Assembly: GCA_022842865.1 (NCBI GenBank)
Contig: JALHOV010000004.1
Location: 1 to 40,731, forward strand
DNA from: Vulcanimicrobiota bacterium
Lineage (GTDB): Bacteria > Vulcanimicrobiota > Xenobia > Xenobiales > JADMJV01
Direction of reading: 5' to 3'
Length of the DNA stretch: 40,731 nucleotides
In this document: positions 34,451 to 40,731 of the stretch, piece after piece
Numbering within the stretch: position 1 is the stretch's first letter
Layout of the letters: each line of letters starts with the position of its first letter
Notes under the pieces: generated by a model
Told to the model about the DNA's origin: nothing
The model's database searches: none
Seen by the model: the letters and a program-made list of their open reading frames with translations, nothing else
Position numbers and translations under genes: made by a program

Positions 34451-34779
34451 GCGGGCGCAAAAAAGCCGAGAGCGACGCGCCGGAAACTTGGGAGCTGCGC
34501 CTCTACGTGGCCGGCGCCACCGGCAAGTCGCTGACCGCCTTTGCGAACCTCAAGGCCATTTGCGAGGAGCATCTACAAGGGCGCTACCAGATCGAAGTGA
34601 TTGACCTTCTCAAGACGCCCCAATTGGCGCGGGGCGATCAGATTCTGGCCATCCCCACGCTAGTGCGCAAACTCCCCCACCCTCTGCGCAAAATCATCGG
34701 CGATCTCTCCAATACCGAACGGGTCCTGGTCGGGCTCGATCTGCGCCCGCAGGGCGAAACTAAATCGAGTGAGCGATGA
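34447..34779 (+). CDS. kaiB: KaiB (thioredoxin-like fold), copy 1
   Basis: LRLYVAG.T..S..A..NLK.ICEEHL.GRY..EVIDL...PQLA..DQILA.PTLV pattern. ATGA overlap with the kaiC stop. Confidence 0.9.
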   Translation: MSGRKKAESDAPETWELRLYVAGATGKSLTAFANLKAICEEHLQGRYQIEVIDLLKTPQLARGDQILAIPTLVRKLPHPLRKIIGDLSNTERVLVGLDLRPQGETKSSER

Positions 34780-35117
34780 TGGGCGACTCCAATGAGGAGT
34801 TTGAGCAGGCGCTACGGGAACAAAAAGAACTCCCCTACGTTCTCACACTCTATGTCACTGGACTGACACCGGCTTCCAGCCGGGCCATCCACAACCTCAA
34901 AGAAATTTGCGAGAGGCATCTGGCGGGACGCTATCAACTGGAGGTGGTGGACATCTACCAGCATCCCCAGCTGGCCAGCGGAGAGCAAATTCTAGCCGCC
35001 CCCACCCTCATTAAGGAATTGCCGCTGCCCATGCGCCGCATCATCGGGGATCTTTCCAACACCGATCGGGTGCTGATCGGCCTGGACCTCAGCCAGAGAC
35101 CCGTCCAGGAGAGCTGA
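34776..35117 (+). CDS. kaiB: KaiB (thioredoxin-like fold), copy 2
   Basis: Same motif set ([49 protein letters not shown]). ATGA overlap with copy 1. Confidence 0.9.
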   Translation: MMGDSNEEFEQALREQKELPYVLTLYVTGLTPASSRAIHNLKEICERHLAGRYQLEVVDIYQHPQLASGEQILAAPTLIKELPLPMRRIIGDLSNTDRVLIGLDLSQRPVQES

Positions 35118-35118
35118 C

Positions 35119-38100
35119 ATGGACTCCCCGGAGCTCCAGCGCCTCCAGGATGAAAATCAGCAGCTGCGCGCCCGCCTGGAGGAGGCCGAGGAGGTGCTGG
35201 AGGCGATCCGGTCCGGCACCGTCGACGCCCTGGTGGTGTCCGGTGCGCTGGGCGAGCAGATCTTCACCATGCAGGGGGCCGAGCACCCTTACCGCATGCT
35301 GCTGGAGCAAATGAGCGAAGGGGCCCTTACGCTGGCGACTGATGGCACCATTCTGTGGGCCAACGGGAAATTTGCGGAGATGGTGCAGGCGCCGCTGGAA
35401 AAGGTCATTGGATGCTCCCTGCAAGGCTGGTTGCCGGTGGAGCAGCATAAGCGGATGCTCTCTTTAATCCAAGAGCCCGCTAGCCGCGCCAGCGAGTTCT
35501 CTCTGGACCTTGCGGAGCCGCTCCCGGTGCAGATCTCCGTCAGTCACTTAAAAGCAGGCGGCAACCCCGGCGCCTGCGGCCTGGTGGTGACCGATCTCAG
35601 CTGGCAAAAGCGAGTTCAGGCCGTCGAGCAGGCCAGCGCTCTGAGAACCCGATTTCTGGCCAACGTGAGCCACGAGCTGCGAACCCCACTCAACGCCATT
35701 CTGGGCACGGCCTATCTGACTCTTCAAACCCAATTGACGGCTCGGCAGCGCAGTTACGTTTTGCAGTTGCAGCAAAGCGGTCGGGAATTGCTCAGTCTGG
35801 TCGAAGATTTGCTGGATTTCTCCAAAATGGATGCCGGCCGTCTCGAGCTGGAACGCATCGACCTGGACCTGGAGAGGGTGATCGAGCGAGTGGTGGCCAC
35901 CTTGGGGCCGCAGCCCAAGCCAAGGGACTGCAACTGCTCGTCTCGTTGCCACCGGATGTACCCAGGCGTCTACTGGGGGACCCCCGACGCCTGGGACAGG
36001 TTCTTCTCAATCTGGTCGGAAACGCCATCAAATTCTGCCCCAGCGGCCAGGTGGAGATTGTTGTGCAAACCTGCAAATCGGACGAGAGGGTGGTTTTGCG
36101 ATTCCAGATTCGCGACAGCGGCATCGGGATGTCGCCCGAGCAAACCGAGCGTCTGTTTCAAGCCTTCTCCCAGGTCGATTCCTCGATTACCCGCCGTTTT
36201 GGAGGTACAGGTCTGGGACTGGCGCTCTCCAAGGGCCTGGTGGAGCAAATGGGCGGCACCATCGAGGTGGAGAGCAGGCTCGGCCGGGGCAGCACCTTTT
36301 CTTTTACCTGCAGCCTGGAGCCGGCCCCTGCCAACGAACGGGAGCGAGAGATCCTGGCCGGCCGCTCGGCTCTGGTGGTGGGCGAGGACGGTCCCAACCA
36401 CAACCTGATGGAAGCTCTGCTCGGGCTGGAAATGAACGTCCACGTGGAGCCCACCGCCGAGGCCGCTTTGCTTTATGTTCAGGCCCACCCGCAGGCCTGC
36501 AGCCTGGCCTTCGTGCATTTTGTCGTCCAAGGGGAATCCGGACTGGCGGCCCTGCGCGAGCTGGGCCGGTTGCCCCAACTGAGAATTGTTCTTACCGCCG
36601 ATCGGAAGGACGAAGCGGCCCTCAGCGCCCTGGACCGACTGGGTCGGTCGGTTCTCTTAAAGCCCTTTACGCGATCCAGTCTGCTCGATCTCCTATTGGA
36701 GTTGGTCGGCCCGCACCCATCCCGGGAGGCCTGCCCGCCCCAGGCCGGTGCCCGCATTCTGCTGGTGGAGGACAATCCGGCCAACCAGCGCATCACCTGC
36801 GAGCTTCTCGGCCAAGAGGGCTTCCAGGTGGATGTGGCCAGCAACGGACGCGAAGCCGTCGAGCGGGTTCTGGTCGCGCCGTGGGACTGTCCCTGGCAGC
36901 TGATTTTGATGGACCTGCAAATGCCGGAGATGGACGGCTTTGCTGCCACCAAGGCCATCCGCGCCGAGGAGCGTTTTCACAGCCTGCCCATCGTGGCCCT
37001 GACGGCCCACGTGCTGCCCGAAGAGAGAGAGCGATGTCGCCTGGTCGGCATGAACGACTTTCTGGGCAAGCCGGTCGACCCCAAGAAACTCTTCGCCACC
37101 CTGCGTCGCTGGCTGCCCGTCTCGGGGGACGCTCGAAGAGTGCTGGTAGTCGACGACAACAGCACCAACCAGTTGATCGCCCAAGGACTGCTGGAGCAGG
37201 CCGGCTTTTCGGTGGATGTGGCTAACAACGGCAAGGAGGCGGTGGAGAGAATTCTGGCCTGTTCGCAACCTTGTCCGTGGGCGGTGGTTTTGATGGACGT
37301 CGAGATGCCGGAGATGGATGGCTGTGCCGCTACCGTTCGCATCCGCCAGGAGGCCCGCTTCCGAACGCTGCCGATTGTGGCCATGACTGGCCATGTGTTC
37401 GAGGAGGAAAAAGCGCGCTGCCTGCAAGCCGGCATGGACGACTATCTGACCAAGCCCCTTGAGCCAGAACTCCTGTTCTCCAAGCTGAGGCGCTGGATTT
37501 TCCCGAATCCTCCCGCCAAACCGACCGAAACGGTGGATTTCCCCAGCCTGGAGGAGGTGGACACGGTGGACGGATTGATGCGAGTGGGCGGAAACGCCAC
37601 CCTCTATCGCTCCCTGCTGCTCGGCCTGGCGGGGCGTGGAGCCGACCTCCAAATCGCTCTGCAGGCGGCGCTGCAGGCGGGCGACCGCAAGAAACTGGAA
37701 ATTCTCTCGCATTCGCTAAAGGGGGAGGCGTCCTCGTTGGGCATGACCTCTCTGGCTCTGGCAGCGGCCGCGGTGGAGCAGGCGGTCCGACGACTGGAAG
37801 ACTGCCAGGCCACGACCGGGCCCCTTTTGGAAACCTTGGCCCGCGTCTGCCCTCGCGTTCTGGCGACGCTGCCTGCGGAGACTTGCGAAAACCTCCCCGA
37901 GGTGGCGGTGGACGCGCTGGAGGCGATACAAAACCTGCAGACCTGGTTGGAAAACAGCGACGGCAGAGCCATAGAAGCCTTACCGCCGGTCTTGCAGGCC
38001 GCTAAAGCCTGGGCGGCGCAAGGCCAGTTGGAGCGCCTGGCCGAGTTGGTCGGGCAGTTTGACTCCGAGTCGGCACTGGGGGTGCTCCAGGAAATCTCCC

Positions 38101-38126
38101 GGAGTCGGCCTGGCTCGCAGCTATAG
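35119..38126 (+). pseudogene. PAS / HisKA / HATPase_c / receiver-like x3 / HPt hybrid sensor kinase, split by a 1-nt frameshift near 35904..35907 (or a sequencing error)
   Basis: The first frame carries a coiled coil, a PAS domain and the H-box FLANVSHELRTPLNAI, then becomes nonsense after VVATLG. The -1 frame continues (L)GAAAQAKGLQLLVSLPPDVP, NLVGNAIKF, GGTGLGLA, two canonical receivers (LMDLQMPEMDG, LMDVEMPEMDG) and HPt (SHSLKGEASS). Confidence 0.8.
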
Positions 38127-38776
38127 CTAGTAGAGAAGCACTTCCCTCCCAAAACCGAGGCGGGACTGCAAATGCCTACCGGCTTTCGTCAGGCTGTTTT
38201 CGGGCAGGTGGGGGCGAGTTCGGGAATCTTCCAGACCCTGACCACTACAGCCGGCAATACCCTACGAGATTTTTGATCTTGCCAATCGAGCATCTAGCGG
38301 CACTCACAATTACACGGTAAGCTTCGGCGGGGTGGTCGGGTCTCTCGGCGTCTGATCCGGGGCAATTTGCCTACACTCCGTTTTGATTTACCCAGGTAGC
38401 GAAAAGCGCCAGTAGTGACCTGCAATTTCTCCTTCAAAAAGAGGGTCCCGCTGGCCGTGATTTTTTGTGCGATGGTCTTGCAAGCGGACCATCGCTGCCG
38501 GGTTTGCGACGGGCCACATTGGTCACCCAGTTCACCTGGCCAGACAGCGCTCAACCACCTGGCGTAAGGTTCAACGCGATGGCCAGTCCCTGGTTGATCG
38601 CCTCTAAGGTCTGCGGTGAAACGGTGCCCCAGCGGCGAAGAATCTCTCCGTCAGGGCCACAACTGATTCTGGCCACACCAGGCCGAGCCGGCGTCAGGCG
38701 GCACAGCTTCGCTGTTGGCCCGGGCCACCATGGCCAGGTCGCCAAGCCACAAGCGAGCGCAGGCGCACGACCACCT

Positions 38777-39583
38777 CTAGCGCGGCGGTCCGGATTCGAT
38801 GCGACGGCGGATGGCGGTGGGATCAAAGGTGCTCCAGTCGGCTTCGATCCACCAGGTGGCCCCGGCTTGACGCCAGGGTTCAACGTCAGTAGCGGATTGA
38901 GACGTGCCTTCCGAGACTAAATCAAATCCTTCCAAGGAACGGCGGCTCCCTATCCATTCGCGCATCTCGTGCATCAACTCGGGAGTAAGGTTGCCTTGCC
39001 CGCCGTCAGGGGCGCGGACGTTGGCCAGAAAGCCATCGTAGCGCAGAACCCTTTGCATCGATTTGTCCGAGCCCCAGAGACCGACGACCCAAATCGGAAT
39101 GCGCGGACGTTGGACCGGGGTGGGGCGGAAAGTCATGGGTTCAAATCGATACTGTTGGCCGGAAAAGCCAAACGACTCGCCGCTCCACAGCCCTTCGAGA
39201 ATGGCCAACGTCTCGTCGATGCGAACAGCGCGCAGGCGGCGATCGGTTTCCTCGCCGACGTTGCCGAAGCCCTGATCGTCGAGCACCCCCATACCTATGG
39301 GCAAAATCAGACGGCCGTTGCTCAGGCGGTCCAAGGTCATGCTTTCGCGGGCCAATTTCCAGGGGCGACGACGAGAAGGCGGCGTAATGATGGCGCCCAG
39401 TCGCAACTTCTCGGTACGCATCGCCATCGCGGCCATGATAACCCAGGGATCGTAGGTTTCCCCGTCATTGACGGCGATTCCATCCCAGGTAAAGGCGCCG
39501 TCCCAGCCTTTTTGCTCGGCCAACTCCGCCAGTTCCGCCTGAATCCGGGGCTGACCGCCAGTGATGATGATTCCGTACTTCAT
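38777..39583 (-). CDS. LLM-class (luciferase-like) flavin/F420-dependent oxidoreductase
   Basis: The pattern AELAEQKGWDGAFTWD, DPWVIMAAMAMRTEKLRLGAIITP and DRLSNGRLILPIGMG is typical of LLM-class oxidoreductases. Confidence 0.75.
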   Translation of the reverse strand: MKYGIIITGGQPRIQAELAELAEQKGWDGAFTWDGIAVNDGETYDPWVIMAAMAMRTEKLRLGAIITPPSRRRPWKLARESMTLDRLSNGRLILPIGMGVLDDQGFGNVGEETDRRLRAVRIDETLAILEGLWSGESFGFSGQQYRFEPMTFRPTPVQRPRIPIWVVGLWGSDKSMQRVLRYDGFLANVRAPDGGQGNLTPELMHEMREWIGSRRSLEGFDLVSEGTSQSATDVEPWRQAGATWWIEADWSTFDPTAIRRRIESGPPR

Positions 39584-39655
39584 GCCCGACCGCCAGCGGG
39601 AATCTCGCCCCGCTTCAACCCGGGAAGTGCTGAACCGGCTGCAAAACCTTCCACG

Positions 39656-40084
39656 CTAGGGACTTTTCACTTCGACTTCGATGTGGTGGACGGTGGTGGT
39701 GATCACCTTGAAGTCCGCCACAACCTGCGGCCCAAACTCGCCCTGATTGCGCACACGCACCAGCAGCGGATCGGCGTTGTCGGAGTCGAGATAACGGGCC
39801 GTGATCTTGTAGCGCGCCACCGGCACATCGGCGATAGCGTCCCCATCCGAAGTGCGCTGCAGCGCACCGGCAATGGTCTTGCCGGCGCTTCCATCCACCA
39901 GGTTGCCGGCGAAAACGTCGTCGCTATCAGGATGCAGCGCAAAGACGTATTTCTGCCCGTTCAGGGTCCGCTCGATCTGAGCCGTAGCGTGCCAGTCCTT
40001 GACCTGTCCCTTCAGAACATTCGGTTGCGGCGCTCCCCAAACGCTGGTGACAAGAACCAGACTTAAACAGAATTTCTTAAGCAT
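39656..40084 (-). CDS. Small secreted protein, function unknown
   Basis: Signal peptide MLKKFCLSLVLVTSVWGA. Beta-rich mature region. Confidence 0.55.
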   Translation of the reverse strand: MLKKFCLSLVLVTSVWGAPQPNVLKGQVKDWHATAQIERTLNGQKYVFALHPDSDDVFAGNLVDGSAGKTIAGALQRTSDGDAIADVPVARYKITARYLDSDNADPLLVRVRNQGEFGPQVVADFKVITTTVHHIEVEVKSP

Positions 40085-40225
40085 ACGGCGGTTTACTCGA
40101 TTCGCGGGTCACCTCCCTGCGTCGAGTCGCCGGCTCCACTTCTCTGAGCTTTAGCGCTGTTTTCTCACTCCTTGAACGGTTCTGAATTGGCCTTCTGGTC
40201 CAAGAAGCAAGCTGGTCCGCCAACG

Positions 40226-40612
40226 TTACCAGCGCCTCTCCACCCCGTACAAATCGAAGACTTTGTCACAACTTACCAAAAGCAGGCCGTCCAGAATGCT
40301 TTGTGCCGCCAGGGCTCGGTCGAATGGGTCAAAGTGGTGGAACTGCAAAGTGGACAGGTAGATAACATGATCCGGCTCCAGGTTCCAAACGGTCACGCCC
40401 GCTCCCCGAACTCGTTGAATGAACTGGTCAAGGGAGCACCCGAGGTCAAGTTTTTTCTGGCTGATTTTTATGGCAATTTCCCAGAATGACACGATGCTCA
40501 CTATCAGTTGATGGTCGGGTTGACTACCAATTCTGCGGGCTTCTGCACTCAGCTGGGGGTCATCGGCCAGCAACCAGAGCAAAGTGTGCGTGTCGAGCAA
40601 AAACCTCGTCAC
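40226..40612 (-). CDS. vapC: PIN-domain toxin (VapC family)
   Basis: FLLDTHTLLWLL...D, SIVSFWEIAIK and a C-terminal SCDKVFD, typical of VapC-like PIN domains. The GTG start overlaps the upstream stop (GTGA). Confidence 0.85.
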   Translation of the reverse strand: MTRFLLDTHTLLWLLADDPQLSAEARRIGSQPDHQLIVSIVSFWEIAIKISQKKLDLGCSLDQFIQRVRGAGVTVWNLEPDHVIYLSTLQFHHFDPFDRALAAQSILDGLLLVSCDKVFDLYGVERRW

Positions 40613-40731
40613 TGATACTCGGCGAAGTCTTCGAGGGGCTCCTCGAAATCGGCCCCTATGCGAATCTGGCCTTTCATCAATCCGAGCAGGGAAGGCTTTT
40701 CTGGAGGCAATATCGGGACCAACCGAATCAG
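40609..40731 (-). CDS. Partial antitoxin (C-terminal 40 aa, truncated by the window edge)
   Basis: My own translation of the minus strand gives ...LGLMKGQIRIGADFEEPLEDFAEYQ-stop, the C-terminal pattern of DUF2281-type/VapB-like antitoxins. It has a 4-nt overlap with vapC. Confidence 0.55.
   Translation of the reverse strand: MIRLVPILPPEKPSLLGLMKGQIRIGADFEEPLEDFAEYQ

Noticed and set aside
40172-40489. The 105-aa plus-strand ORF.
   Set aside because: It is fully antisense to the well-supported PIN-domain vapC gene and has no motifs.

Overview
High-GC (about 60%) bacterial chromosomal window. Lipoboxes, prepilin-type leaders and periplasmic chaperone-like proteins indicate a Gram-negative-type envelope. 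I cannot assign a taxon. I found no rRNA, tRNA, CRISPR array, transposase or integrase.

Gene content, left to right:
1. A ~7 kb block (1.3-8.3 kb) bracketed by two paralogous secreted low-complexity genes. It holds a translationally coupled helical-protein/SWIM-zinc-finger pair, a 168-nt structured non-coding gap with a 15-nt long-range inverted repeat, a retron-type reverse transcriptase (YADD and VTG motifs), a triple-repeat lipoprotein and a Uma2-family endonuclease.
2. A four-gene pseudopilin operon whose first gene fuses a prepilin N-terminus to PD40/TolB-like beta-propeller repeats.
3. A GIY-YIG-like gene, a type II NADH dehydrogenase and response regulators.
4. A partial Pel-like exopolysaccharide locus in the order pelE-like, pelF, pelG, pelD-like, followed by a STAS protein and a pseudokinase/WD40-like protein.
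5. Several orphan proteins, including a glycine-zipper protein.
6. A GHL10-family hydrolase-like gene and a TGS/uridine-kinase-family gene.
7. A KaiA-less kaiC-kaiB-kaiB cluster coupled to a large PAS hybrid histidine kinase that is interrupted by a 1-nt frameshift in a G-run.
8. An LLM-class oxidoreductase and a vapBC toxin-antitoxin pair cut by the window edge.

The best candidate for an undescribed system is the retron-like RT locus at 1.3-7.4 kb. Its neighbours (helical protein, SWIM protein, repeat lipoprotein) do not resemble any retron effector I recognise.

All functional calls come from motif and architecture recognition by eye. No searches were run.
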